A DNA stretch of 64,000 nucleotides, from contig JAQZBP010000002.1 of NCBI GenBank assembly GCA_029237815.1, forward strand, positions 206,917 through 270,916, in the 5' to 3' direction. Of this stretch, positions 39,462-48,925 are shown piece after piece. The notes below the pieces were generated by a model that was not told the DNA's origin, did not search any database, and was given only the letters and a program-made list of their open reading frames with translations. The translations under genes were made by a program, and so were the position numbers. The stretch's first letter is position 1. The number at the start of each line of letters is the position of its first letter. Origin of the DNA: Moraxellaceae bacterium (GTDB lineage: Bacteria > Pseudomonadota > Gammaproteobacteria > Pseudomonadales > Moraxellaceae).

Positions 39462-40457
39462 TCAGTGCGGGAAAAAGGAGGGATCGACGGGAGTGCCCTT
39501 CACGCAGCGCTGGATGAAGGGATAGTCCGCGGTGATGTAGTAGTGATAGATGCCGAGCGGGAATTCCGGCGTCACACCAAAGCGGCCGTTGCACTCGTCG
39601 AGGTCACCGCTGTCCGCCACATACTCCCAATCCTTCGTGAAAGTGCCGTCGTAAGTGCCGCCAGGTCCGGAGGGGCGCGTGCCGGATTTCACCTCGTAGC
39701 TTGCCGTCAGCTGCACTACGGCGCTGGTGGCATCCAGCGGATCCGCGTAGCCGTAGCGGGCGTAGATTGGGAAACCGTCAGCCGCCCACGCGACCAGCGT
39801 CATCGCCGTGCCCTTGCCGATCGCGTCGACGAGGCCGGTGGGCATGCCGTGGTAGTGGTAGGCACCGTTGGGCTGCACATGGGCGTTGCTGGCGTCGATG
39901 CCGAGGTTGAGGCCGCCGGTGATGGCCTCGTAGTTCCAGGTGCCGCCGGTCTCGTTGTTCCAGAACTCGGCCGTGGTGACGTCGAGCGGCACGCCGTTGA
40001 TGCCGTAGCCCGACTTGGAAATGCCGAACTCGCTGCTGAAAGGCGTCCTGAGCCAGGTGATGGTGCCGGACACCTGCGGCCAGGCGGGCAGCGTCACCGT
40101 ATAGTCCTGCGCGGAAATCGAATTGGGATTGCCGGCATTCGGAAAGCTGCCGGTGGCATGGTCGGGAATGCCGTTGGCGACCAGGTAGCGATAGGTCCCA
40201 TCGGTAGTCATGACGACGCTGTTGCCGGTGCCGCTGGCGGTGCTCACCACCAGCACGTCGCCGGTGTAGACGGCCGCGGCCGGATCACTTGAGCCGCCGT
40301 TATAAACGATATCGTCCTCTCCGCCCGAGCCGGAGCCGCTGCCGGACTCACCACTGGCATTAGACGGGCTGCCACCTCCCCCGCAGGAGATGATGGTCAG
40401 CGATATGAGAAAGGCGGGCAGGTAACCCGGGGAAAAGGGCGGGAGCGGGAATTTCAC
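39462..40457 (-). CDS. YHYH-domain lipoprotein
   Basis: GTG start at 40457 with a GGAGAA ribosome-binding site. Lipobox LISLTIISC-GGGG, Gly/Ser-rich linker, AYHYHG and GIYHYY motifs. Confidence 0.65.
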   Translation of the reverse strand: MKFPLPPFSPGYLPAFLISLTIISCGGGGSPSNASGESGSGSGSGGEDDIVYNGGSSDPAAAVYTGDVLVVSTASGTGNSVVMTTDGTYRYLVANGIPDHATGSFPNAGNPNSISAQDYTVTLPAWPQVSGTITWLRTPFSSEFGISKSGYGINGVPLDVTTAEFWNNETGGTWNYEAITGGLNLGIDASNAHVQPNGAYHYHGMPTGLVDAIGKGTAMTLVAWAADGFPIYARYGYADPLDATSAVVQLTASYEVKSGTRPSGPGGTYDGTFTKDWEYVADSGDLDECNGRFGVTPEFPLGIYHYYITADYPFIQRCVKGTPVDPSFFPH

Positions 40458-40540
40458 GGGCGTTCTCCATTTCGGCGTCTGATGGCGAGATGCTCGCGGC
40501 CAAAAATGGAGAAAAAATGGAGGTGCGGCGCAGGGCGCCG

Positions 40541-41221
40541 TCAGTCGTGCTCGAAGCGATAGCCGACGCCATAAACGGAATGAATGGTCGTCTGCTCGCC
40601 CAATACGGCCGCAATTTTCCGGCGCAGGTTCTTGATGTGGCTGTCGATGGCGCGGTCGAAGACCTCGGCCGTGTCGCTGTAGGCGCGATCCAGCAGCTGG
40701 GCACGCGAGAACACGCGGCCGGGATGCTGCATCAGCACCTGCAGCAGGCGGTACTCCTGCGGCGTCAGGTCGAGCAGCTGGCCGGCACAGCGGACACGCT
40801 GCGCTTCCGCATCGGCGACGAACAACGGCGCCCGGACAGAGGGCACCAGCACGCCGCTGCGGCGCAGCAGCGCCTGCACGCGTGCCACCAGCTCCTTCGG
40901 ACTGAAAGGCTTGCAGAGGTAATCGTCGGCGCCCACGTCGAAGCCGAGCAGGCGGTCGATCTCCTCCACGCGCGCCGTGACCATGATCACCGGCACGGTG
41001 CTGAATTCGCGCACCGCGCGGCAGATTTCGGTGCCGTCCAAACCGGGCAGCATGAGATCGAGGACGAGCAGGTCGGGGGCATGCCGGCGCACCCAGTCCA
41101 CGGCCTCGTCGCCACGTTCGAGATGCCGGGCCGCGAAGCCTGCGTTGCGCAGGTAGGCCAGTTCGATCTCGGCGATGTCCAGCTCGTCCTCCACCACCAG
41201 CACTTGCGGCTGCCGCTCCAT
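40541..41221 (-). CDS. OmpR-family response regulator (BaeR-like)
   Basis: Receiver domain (VLVVEDE..D..LDLMLPG) plus a winged-helix domain (YGVGYRF). Confidence 0.85.
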   Translation of the reverse strand: MERQPQVLVVEDELDIAEIELAYLRNAGFAARHLERGDEAVDWVRRHAPDLLVLDLMLPGLDGTEICRAVREFSTVPVIMVTARVEEIDRLLGFDVGADDYLCKPFSPKELVARVQALLRRSGVLVPSVRAPLFVADAEAQRVRCAGQLLDLTPQEYRLLQVLMQHPGRVFSRAQLLDRAYSDTAEVFDRAIDSHIKNLRRKIAAVLGEQTTIHSVYGVGYRFEHD

Positions 41222-41241
41222 GTGTCCCCCTGTGAAAAAAT

Positions 41242-42972
41242 TCAGCCCTGTCCCTTCGCAACCGGCAGCGACAGGCTGACCTTGAGGCCGCCCAGCGCCG
41301 ACGCGCTGGCGGTGATGCTTCCCCCATGGGCCTGCACGATGGCACGGCAGATCGCCAGCCCGAGCCCGGAACCGCCGCTGCGGCGGCTGCGCGAGGCATC
41401 GACGCGAAAGAAGCGGTCAAAAAGCCTTGGCAGCGACGCGGGCGGCACGCCGGGTGCGCTGTCCTCGACGACGATCTCGATGCGATCGTTGTGCCGCTGC
41501 GCGGTCACCCGCACCTTGCCGCCGGCATCGGTGTAGCGCGAGGAATTGGTGAGCAGGTTGCCGAGCAGCTGTGCGAGACGCAGGCGGTCCCCGCGCACGC
41601 AACTGCCGGGCGGGGTTTCGTCATGCACTGCCAGCGCCAGCTTCGCACTGGCAAGACGCGGCGCAAAACTGCTCTCGAGTTCGGCGAGCAGACCAGCCAC
41701 GGGCACCGGCTCGTAGCGGTAGTCATGCGCACCGGCATCGGTGGTCGCCAGCTGGAAGAGGTCGTTCACCAGGCGGTTCATGTCCGCCACGGTGCGCGAC
41801 AGGGTCTGCAGTTTCTCCGGACTGGTCGGGATCACGCCGTCGCGCATGGCTTCGAGATGCGTCGCGAGCACGGTGAGCGGCGTGCGCAGCTCGTGCGAGC
41901 TGTCGGCCATCCACTGCCGGCGCGACTGCTCGAAGGCTTCCAGCTTTTCCGCCATGCGATTGAAGTCGCCGGCCATGCGGCCAAGTTCGTCGCCGCGGGT
42001 TTCCGGCAGGCGTGCGCCGAAGTCGCCGCTGGCGATGCGCCGCGTGCCTGTGGCCAGCGCGCTGATCGGGCGGCGGAAATACCGTGCCAGTCCCCAGGCG
42101 GCGAGCGCGGACAGCAGTAGTGCGAGCAGTGCGATCCAGAGCAGGTTGCGCGACTGGCCGGCGACAAAATCCTCGCCGGCCTGGCGCTGCGCTGCCGGCG
42201 GTTCGGTGAGCACGAGATAACCGACGAGGCGCCGGGTTGCACCATCACCCGTCCAGAGCGCGCGCCGTGGATCTCGCACGGCGTTGCGATTGCCCGCCAG
42301 GAAGACGCCGTCGGGGCCGAGCAGCGCGGCGCGCGGCCCCAGCGAGAGCACATCCTGCCGAGGCCGCGCGCCGCCCGGGTCGGCGAAGCGGCCCGGCGTC
42401 ATTGCCGGCCGGACCTCTTGGGGCAGGTCGGTCCCCGGAGAAAAGTCTCCGGCCATGCCCTGCCGCTGGGGGGGATAGTGGCCCGGGGGCGGATCCCGGT
42501 GTTGCGGCCCGTATGAATAGCCGTCGCCGGCGGGAGGGCCGAAACGCTCCGATGGTGGTCCAAACCCCTCGGACCGGGGGCCGAATCCCGCAGGTGGCGG
42601 CTCGAAACGCTCCGGCATTGGACCTGAGCCCGCCGGTGGTGGCCCGACTCCGCGCGGTGGTGGACCGCCCTGCCAGCCTGCCGCGCCGTATCCCGCTGCG
42701 GATGCCGGGCCGGACCTTGCCCCGCGCGCCGGCATCACCGCGCGCCCGATGTCGGCCTGGCCGGCCACGAAATCCCAATTGCCCTGCTCCGCATGCCGGG
42801 CGAGCAGCAAGGCTTCCAGCGGCGCCAGCCGCTGCAGCTCGGCGCTCTGCACATAGGTGCGGAAGCCGTGCTGCAGGCTGACATGGAAAAGCCCGGTCAT
42901 CGCCAGCACGACCACAAGAGCCAGCAGCGTGATGACCAGGAACAGGGTCTGTGCAATCGATCGCTTCAGCAC
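41242..42972 (-). CDS. sensor histidine kinase (BaeS-like) with a Pro/Gly-rich repetitive periplasmic segment
   Basis: Two TM segments, HAMP domain, H-box SHELRTPL and HATPase motifs. The periplasmic region is GFGP/PPxG repeats (GFGPRSEGFGPPSERFGPPAGDG..). Confidence 0.85.
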   Translation of the reverse strand: MLKRSIAQTLFLVITLLALVVVLAMTGLFHVSLQHGFRTYVQSAELQRLAPLEALLLARHAEQGNWDFVAGQADIGRAVMPARGARSGPASAAGYGAAGWQGGPPPRGVGPPPAGSGPMPERFEPPPAGFGPRSEGFGPPSERFGPPAGDGYSYGPQHRDPPPGHYPPQRQGMAGDFSPGTDLPQEVRPAMTPGRFADPGGARPRQDVLSLGPRAALLGPDGVFLAGNRNAVRDPRRALWTGDGATRRLVGYLVLTEPPAAQRQAGEDFVAGQSRNLLWIALLALLLSALAAWGLARYFRRPISALATGTRRIASGDFGARLPETRGDELGRMAGDFNRMAEKLEAFEQSRRQWMADSSHELRTPLTVLATHLEAMRDGVIPTSPEKLQTLSRTVADMNRLVNDLFQLATTDAGAHDYRYEPVPVAGLLAELESSFAPRLASAKLALAVHDETPPGSCVRGDRLRLAQLLGNLLTNSSRYTDAGGKVRVTAQRHNDRIEIVVEDSAPGVPPASLPRLFDRFFRVDASRSRRSGGSGLGLAICRAIVQAHGGSITASASALGGLKVSLSLPVAKGQG

Positions 42973-43045
42973 GGGGGAATCTCAAACCGGAGCGGGACGG
43001 GGAGCGGATCGACCGCCGCCCGCCCCGCTCCTGTCATGGCGGTGA

Positions 43046-43378
43046 TTATTGCGGGCGCTGCTGCGGGACCTGCCCGCCCTGCTGTGGCCGCTGGCCGGAC
43101 TGGCCCTGTGCTCCCTGCCCGGCACCGGATGGCACGAAGGCCATGCGGCAGGTGCCCTGCATGAGGCCGCGGGGACCGTTCACCGACACGCTGTCCCCTT
43201 CCTTCTTGCCCTTGCACACCGTGTAGAACTCCTGCGGCGGTCCGGGCGGACGATGCCCCTGCCCCATACCCTGGCCCTGGCCCATGCCCTGACCCTGCCC
43301 CATACCCTCGCCATAGGGATTGGCGATCGCCAGCAGCGGCAGGCTGGCCAGCACATACAGCATCACAAGCTTTTTCAT
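43046..43378 (-). CDS. small secreted Gly/Gln-repeat protein
   Basis: Signal peptide MKKLVMLYVLASLPLLAIA, then MGQGQGMGQGQGMGQG repeats and a Cys-containing core. Heads the two-component operon. Confidence 0.5.
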   Translation of the reverse strand: MKKLVMLYVLASLPLLAIANPYGEGMGQGQGMGQGQGMGQGHRPPGPPQEFYTVCKGKKEGDSVSVNGPRGLMQGTCRMAFVPSGAGQGAQGQSGQRPQQGGQVPQQRPQ

Positions 43379-43686
43379 CTCGACCTCCGGTTGCGCAGCG
43401 GCCCTCCGCTGCCCTCACGCTGCCAGACTGGCCTGCGAATGTGGAGGAAGTTTGGAGAACGGCAACAATCAATGCCACGCCGGCCGGACCAGCGCCGCCG
43501 TCGGGCGCTGCACGGAGCCGCACGCATCGCCACTGCCGGCAGCCTGCCCGCTTTTCCGTGCCCCATCCGACCACCGCGCCGGCCACCGGCACGGCCGGCA
43601 TCGCCCGACCGGGGTCCGCCTGATACAAATCAAACCCGACCGCGCCCGCCGCGTGGACACTGACGGTATCACTATCAGGACAGCCC

Positions 43687-45426
43687 ATGACGACTCCCGC
43701 CATTGCCCCGATCGACTCGCTCGATGCCCTGCACCACGCGCTCGACACGGCGCACCTGCCCGCACTGACGCTGGAGGACTACCTGCTGCAGCAGGAGCTG
43801 GTCACGCCGGCGCAACTGCAGGCGGCACAGCAGGCGAAAGCAGCGCAGCCGCAGAAGCGCCTCGGCGATATCCTCGTCGCGCAGAAGGCGCTGCGCCCGG
43901 AGGCGCTGACGCGGGCACTGCGCCACCTCATCGGCATCCCCGCCGTGCGCCTCGCCGCGCTGACGCTGGAGCGCACGGCAGTGAGCCGCCTCTCGCCGGA
44001 CCTGGCGCACCGCCACCACGTCATCCCGGTCATGTTCCACCACGACGGGCTCGTGGTCGCCTGCACCGAACTGCCGCCGCCCGACGTGCTGCAGGAAATC
44101 TCCTTCCAGGCCGGCACCTTCGTGTTCCTCGTGCAGGCGTCGCTCGAGGACATCCAGGCGGGGATCTTCCAGCACTACGACACTTTCGCCGAGGACCTCG
44201 CCGCCGCCGACAGCCTGGTGAGCCGCACCTCGCCGGACGACTACCAGCGCCTCTGGCGCGATGCCGAATTCCTCGCCAAGCAGGCGCCGGTGGTGCGCCT
44301 CGTGAACTCCTTCATCCTGGAAGGCATCCGCCGCCATGCTTCCGACGTGCACCTGCGGCCGGCGGCCGGCCACGTCGATCTCTTCTATCGCCTCGACGGC
44401 ACGCTGGTGCGCGTGAAACGGTTGCCGCACCACCTGCTGCCGGCGCTCGTCAGCCGCCTCAAGATCCTGGCGCAGCTCGACATCACGGAACGCCGCGTGC
44501 CGCAGGACGGGCACATGAAGACGCACTACCTCGGCCAGGAAATCGACCTGCGCATCTCCATCATCCCGACCAGCCACGGCGAGAGCGTGGTGCTGCGCAT
44601 CCTCAACAAGCAGGTCGGGCTGCGCGACGTGCACGGTATCGGCTTCACGGCGGACGATGAGGAGCGCTTCCGCGACCTCATCCGCCGCAGCAACGGCATG
44701 CTACTGGTGACGGGGCCCACGGGCTCCGGCAAGACGACCACGCTCTATGCCGCGCTACAGGACATCCGCAGCGAGAGCATCAACGTGGTCACGGTGGAGG
44801 ACCCGATCGAGTACGAGCTCGAGGGCATGACACAGATCCAGTTGCTGGAGGCGGTGGGCTTCGGCTTTCCGCAGACGCTCCGCCACATCCTGCGCCACGA
44901 CCCCGACGTGATCATGGTCGGCGAGATCCGCGACGGCGAAACCTGCAAGATCGCGCTGGAGGCGGCGCTCACCGGTCACCTCGTGCTCTCCACGCTGCAC
45001 ACCCCGGATGCGCCTTCCGCCATCATCCGGCTGCAGGAAATGGGCATGTCGCCCTACCTGATCAAGTCGGCGTTGATCGGCGTGCTGGGGCAGCGCCTGA
45101 TCCGGCTGAACTGCCCGCACTGCCTCGAGATCGAAAACGTGCCGCCGCTCGTGCGTCGCCAGCTCGGCCTGCGCGAGGACGAAACCTTCCGGCACGGCGC
45201 CGGCTGCGATGAATGCGACGGCACGGGCTTTCACGGCCGCGCCGCAATCTACGAGCTCTTCGTCATCGACGACGAGGTGCGCAACGCCATCCACGAAGAC
45301 ATGACGGGCGCGGAACTGCGCGAGGTGGCCAGGCGTGCCCGGATGCGGCCGCTGATGGAACACGGCCTGGAATTCGCGCGCGCCGGCAGGGCGTCGTTGC
45401 TGGAGGTTTATCGCGCCAGTGCCTGA
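43687..45426 (+). CDS. GspE/PilB-family secretion ATPase with an MshEN-type (c-di-GMP-binding) N-terminal domain
   Basis: N-terminal RLGDILVAQKAL..ALTRAL matches the MshEN motif. It is followed by a T2SSE_N domain, Walker A GPTGSGKTT, Asp/His boxes and the tetracysteine CPHC..CDEC motif. Confidence 0.85.
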   Translation: MTTPAIAPIDSLDALHHALDTAHLPALTLEDYLLQQELVTPAQLQAAQQAKAAQPQKRLGDILVAQKALRPEALTRALRHLIGIPAVRLAALTLERTAVSRLSPDLAHRHHVIPVMFHHDGLVVACTELPPPDVLQEISFQAGTFVFLVQASLEDIQAGIFQHYDTFAEDLAAADSLVSRTSPDDYQRLWRDAEFLAKQAPVVRLVNSFILEGIRRHASDVHLRPAAGHVDLFYRLDGTLVRVKRLPHHLLPALVSRLKILAQLDITERRVPQDGHMKTHYLGQEIDLRISIIPTSHGESVVLRILNKQVGLRDVHGIGFTADDEERFRDLIRRSNGMLLVTGPTGSGKTTTLYAALQDIRSESINVVTVEDPIEYELEGMTQIQLLEAVGFGFPQTLRHILRHDPDVIMVGEIRDGETCKIALEAALTGHLVLSTLHTPDAPSAIIRLQEMGMSPYLIKSALIGVLGQRLIRLNCPHCLEIENVPPLVRRQLGLREDETFRHGAGCDECDGTGFHGRAAIYELFVIDDEVRNAIHEDMTGAELREVARRARMRPLMEHGLEFARAGRASLLEVYRASA

Positions 45427-45528
45427 TGCCGGTCGGGAGCGACCGCTGCCCCTCTCGGACTCGCGCCTGGCAACAGCATTCCTGGCACACGTCCCGCGCG
45501 GCGACCTGCACCGCACGGGAATCCCTGT

Positions 45529-45552
45529 GTAGCCGCAACAATGCGTTGCGGC
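45529..45552. repeat. GTAG-palindrome repeat (SMAG/REP-like): GTAG-CCGCAAC-aatgc-GTTGCGGC
   Basis: GTAG followed by a 7-bp stem hairpin in the convergent intergenic region. Confidence 0.4.
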
Positions 45553-45556
45553 GTGG

Positions 45557-46888
45557 CTAGCCTTGCGGCGGCGTTTGCGGCTGGGGCCGCTGCCGCTGCG
45601 GCTGCGGCTGCCCCTGCTGCGTGCCCTGCGACGGGCGCTGCCGGTTCTGCTGCTGTTGCGGGTTCTGCTGCTCCTGTCCGCCCTGCCCGGTCAGCACGTT
45701 GCCGAGCCCGAGGCTGGCCAGCGACTGCACCGTCAGCGCGCCGGTGGGCGCGATGCCGCGGGCCTGCTGGAACTTGCGCAGGGCCTGCGCGGTCTGCCGG
45801 TCCCAGTCGCCGTCCACCGCATCCACGCCGAAGCCGTTGCGGTTCAGCGCCTGCTGCACCTGGCGGACGGTTTCCGGCCCGGCCCAGAGCGGCGTGCCCG
45901 GTCCCACCGAGGCCTTGCGGCTGCCTTTCAGGCTGCTCGCCTGCTGCTGCGGTGGCTGGCCCTGCTGCTGCGATGGCGCCTGACTCTGCTGGGCCTGCTG
46001 CTGTGGCGGTTGTCCTTGCGGCTGCCCCTGCTGTGCCGTGGACTGCTGCGGCGGCTGCTGACCCTGTTGTGCCTGCTGCCCCTGCTGCGGCTGACCTTGC
46101 TGCTGCGGCGGCTGTCCCTGCTGTGGTGAACGCTGCGCCTGCTGCTGTTGGCTTTGCTGCTGCGGTTGCTGCTGACCCTGCTGCGCCTGCTGCTGTTGAC
46201 CTTGCCTGGTCTGCTGTTGGCTTTGCTGCTGCGCCTGCTGCTGTTGCTGGCCCTGCTGTTGCTGCTGCGCCTGCTGGCCCTGCTGCTGGCCGGCCGAAAA
46301 AATCTGCTGCCCCACGCCCAGCGCGGTGATAAGACCGGTGTCGAGCTTGCCGGTCGGCTCCAGGTCATTCACGCGCTGGAAATTCTCCACGGCCTTTTCG
46401 GTGCCGGGCCCCCAGCGTCCATCCACGCTCTGCACGGGAAAACCCTGCTGGCTCAATGCCTGCTGCACCTGTCGCACGGCAGTGGAGCCGACATGGACCG
46501 GTACCCCTTTGGCAGCGGCACCGCTAGCCGCCTGGCCACTGCCCTGCTGCATGCCCTGACCGGTCAGCAGTGAGGAAAGGCCGAGGCTGTTGAGCAGCTC
46601 GACAGTGAGCGTGCCCGTGGGATCGATGCCGGCGGAGCGCTGGTATTCCTGCGCCGCCTGCTTGGTCCGGGTGCTCCACTGGCCATCGATCGAGCCGGCG
46701 TTGAAGCCCTTGGCATTCAAGGCCTGCTGCACCTGCTGCACCGCCGGCGCATCCAGGTAGATCTGCGTGCCCTCGGCATCTGACTGCTGTTGCGATGCCT
46801 GCGCGTCCGGGTCCTTCTGCTTGGCATATGCCGGCGCAATGGCCATGGCCGCCGCCAACGCCGCCGTTGCGAATAGATGTTTCTGCAT
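45557..46888 (-). CDS. secreted protein with four putative peptidoglycan-binding (PG_binding_1-like) modules joined by a Gln-rich low-complexity linker
   Basis: Signal peptide, then repeated V(R/Q)QVQQAL..GF..VDG.WG..T..A modules. The linker is QQQGQQQ repeats encoded by a CAG/CTG-rich tract. Confidence 0.65.
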   Translation of the reverse strand: MQKHLFATAALAAAMAIAPAYAKQKDPDAQASQQQSDAEGTQIYLDAPAVQQVQQALNAKGFNAGSIDGQWSTRTKQAAQEYQRSAGIDPTGTLTVELLNSLGLSSLLTGQGMQQGSGQAASGAAAKGVPVHVGSTAVRQVQQALSQQGFPVQSVDGRWGPGTEKAVENFQRVNDLEPTGKLDTGLITALGVGQQIFSAGQQQGQQAQQQQQGQQQQQAQQQSQQQTRQGQQQQAQQGQQQPQQQSQQQQAQRSPQQGQPPQQQGQPQQGQQAQQGQQPPQQSTAQQGQPQGQPPQQQAQQSQAPSQQQGQPPQQQASSLKGSRKASVGPGTPLWAGPETVRQVQQALNRNGFGVDAVDGDWDRQTAQALRKFQQARGIAPTGALTVQSLASLGLGNVLTGQGGQEQQNPQQQQNRQRPSQGTQQGQPQPQRQRPQPQTPPQG

Positions 46889-47198
46889 GACGTCCTCCTT
46901 TGCCGCGAGACGAAGGAGGCATCGACACCCCCTCCACGGTCCAGAGCGACGCGTAGCAGCGACGATTGATGCCGGTACGGCACGGGCCGCGGCACAACTT
47001 CAGGGCCGAGGACCGCTGCACCACGACGCTGCGCGGCTGCCACTCTGGTCAGAGTCAGTGCAGCGCGTGACCGTTCAAAGTCCAGCAGGAATTACAAAGC
47101 GCCAAGATAAAACTGCGATTCAAGGGGGTGCGCGCTATACATCTGCAACCCGGCAGCGATAACGGCAGAGCAAAGGGGCGCGAATTTCCGCCCTGGCG

Positions 47199-48863
47199 TC
47201 AGGCCGCCGGCCAGGCGCGGGCCAGGAGTGCGCCAAAGTCGGTGTCGCGCGGCAGTACGCCGTAGTTGTGCTGGCCGCGCACCTCGAGCCGGCTGCGGCA
47301 AAAGGCGTCGGCCACCGCCGCGGGCGCATGCTGCACCAGCAGCGCCGCCTGCAGCGCCACGGCCATGCGATCCACCACGTCGCGCGCGCGCACCTCGAAG
47401 TCGGCCGGATCGACGAACTCCTTCAGCAGCGAACTGACATGCGCGTCCAGCGCGGCATTGCCGCCTTTCGCCTTCTTCAGCTCGACGACGAAGGCCTCGA
47501 CCACCGCGGGCGTCTTCTGCATGGCGCGCAACACATCGAGGCACTGCACATTGCCGCTGCCTTCCCAGATCGCGTTGACGGGCGACTCGCGGAACAGACG
47601 CGGGAACATCGAGTTCTCCATCACGCCGCTGCCGCCGATGCACTCCATGGCTTCATAGGCATGGTTGGGCGTGCGCTTGCAGATCCAATACTTGCCCACG
47701 GCGGTCGCGATACGCACCAGCAGGTCCTCGTGCTCGTCGTGGCGGTTGTCCATGGCGCGGGCCATGCGCAGCGTCAGCGTGGTGGCGGCCTCGGACTCCA
47801 GGGCCAGGTCGGCGAGCACGTTGCGCATCAGCGGCTGGTCAATGAGCTTCCTGCCGAAGGCGGCACGCTGCTGGCAGTGATGAATCGCCTGCGACAGCGC
47901 CATGCGCATGCCGGCGCTGGAGCCGATCATGCAGTCGAAGCGCGTCATGCTGACCATCTCGATGATGGTGCGCACGCCGCGGCCTTCCTCGCCAACGCGC
48001 CAGGCCAGGGCGCCGCGCAACTCGATCTCGCTGGACGCGTTGGAGCGGTTGCCCATCTTTTCCTTCAGGCGCAGCACCTCGAGCGGGTTCTTGCTGCCGT
48101 CCGGCCGCCAGCGCGGCACCAGGAAGCAGGTCAGGCCACCCGGCGCCTGCGCCAGCACAAGGAAGAGATCGCACATGGGCGCGGACAGGAAGAACTTGTG
48201 GCCCACGAGTTCATAGGCGTCACCCACCGGCCAGGCGCGCGTGGTGTTGGCGCGCACGTCGGAGCCGCCCTGCTTCTCGGTCATGCCCATGCCGACGGTG
48301 ACACCGGCCTTTTCCTGCGCGGGAATATTGCGCGGATCGTAGACGCGCGAGGTGATCTTCGCCTCCCAGAGCGCGGCCAGCTCCGGCTGCACGCGCAGCG
48401 ACGGCACGGCCGCAAAGGTCATGGTGACCGGGCAACCGTGGCCGGCCTCGATCTGCGAGTGCAGGAAGAAGCGCGCGGCGCGCGCCACATGGGCGCCCTT
48501 GCCCGGATTCGTCCAGGGCGAGGCATGGAGGCCCTGCTCGATGGAAGTCTGCATGAGCTGGTGGTAGGCGGGATGGAACTTCACCAGGTCGACGCGGTGG
48601 CCGAAGCGGTCATGCGTGTCGAACTCCGGTGCGTGGCGGTTGGCAAGATCGCCCAGCTCAAGGTAGCCGGCACGGCCGATCATCTCGCCGAAAGCCGAGA
48701 GCGCGGCCGCCTCATGACCACCGCCCTCGCGCAGCACGGCCTCTTGCAGCACCGTGTCGCGGGTATACAGGTTGTAGTCCTGCAGCTCGCTGGAGACATT
48801 GAAAACGTCGTGCGTCGCGGCCACGAAAGGCGCGCCGGGGATGGGGTCGTGGTGGGCGTTCAT
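47199..48863 (-). CDS. AidB-like acyl-CoA dehydrogenase
   Basis: About 555 aa from MNAHHDPIPG. Has the ACAD middle and C-terminal domains and an AidB-type N-terminal extension. Confidence 0.8.
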   Translation of the reverse strand: MNAHHDPIPGAPFVAATHDVFNVSSELQDYNLYTRDTVLQEAVLREGGGHEAAALSAFGEMIGRAGYLELGDLANRHAPEFDTHDRFGHRVDLVKFHPAYHQLMQTSIEQGLHASPWTNPGKGAHVARAARFFLHSQIEAGHGCPVTMTFAAVPSLRVQPELAALWEAKITSRVYDPRNIPAQEKAGVTVGMGMTEKQGGSDVRANTTRAWPVGDAYELVGHKFFLSAPMCDLFLVLAQAPGGLTCFLVPRWRPDGSKNPLEVLRLKEKMGNRSNASSEIELRGALAWRVGEEGRGVRTIIEMVSMTRFDCMIGSSAGMRMALSQAIHHCQQRAAFGRKLIDQPLMRNVLADLALESEAATTLTLRMARAMDNRHDEHEDLLVRIATAVGKYWICKRTPNHAYEAMECIGGSGVMENSMFPRLFRESPVNAIWEGSGNVQCLDVLRAMQKTPAVVEAFVVELKKAKGGNAALDAHVSSLLKEFVDPADFEVRARDVVDRMAVALQAALLVQHAPAAVADAFCRSRLEVRGQHNYGVLPRDTDFGALLARAWPAA

Positions 48864-48925
48864 GCTGGCATTTCCTCCGCTGCTATCCGGTATCGGGCAA
48901 CGCCGTTCGCACGGCGTCGCGTCAT

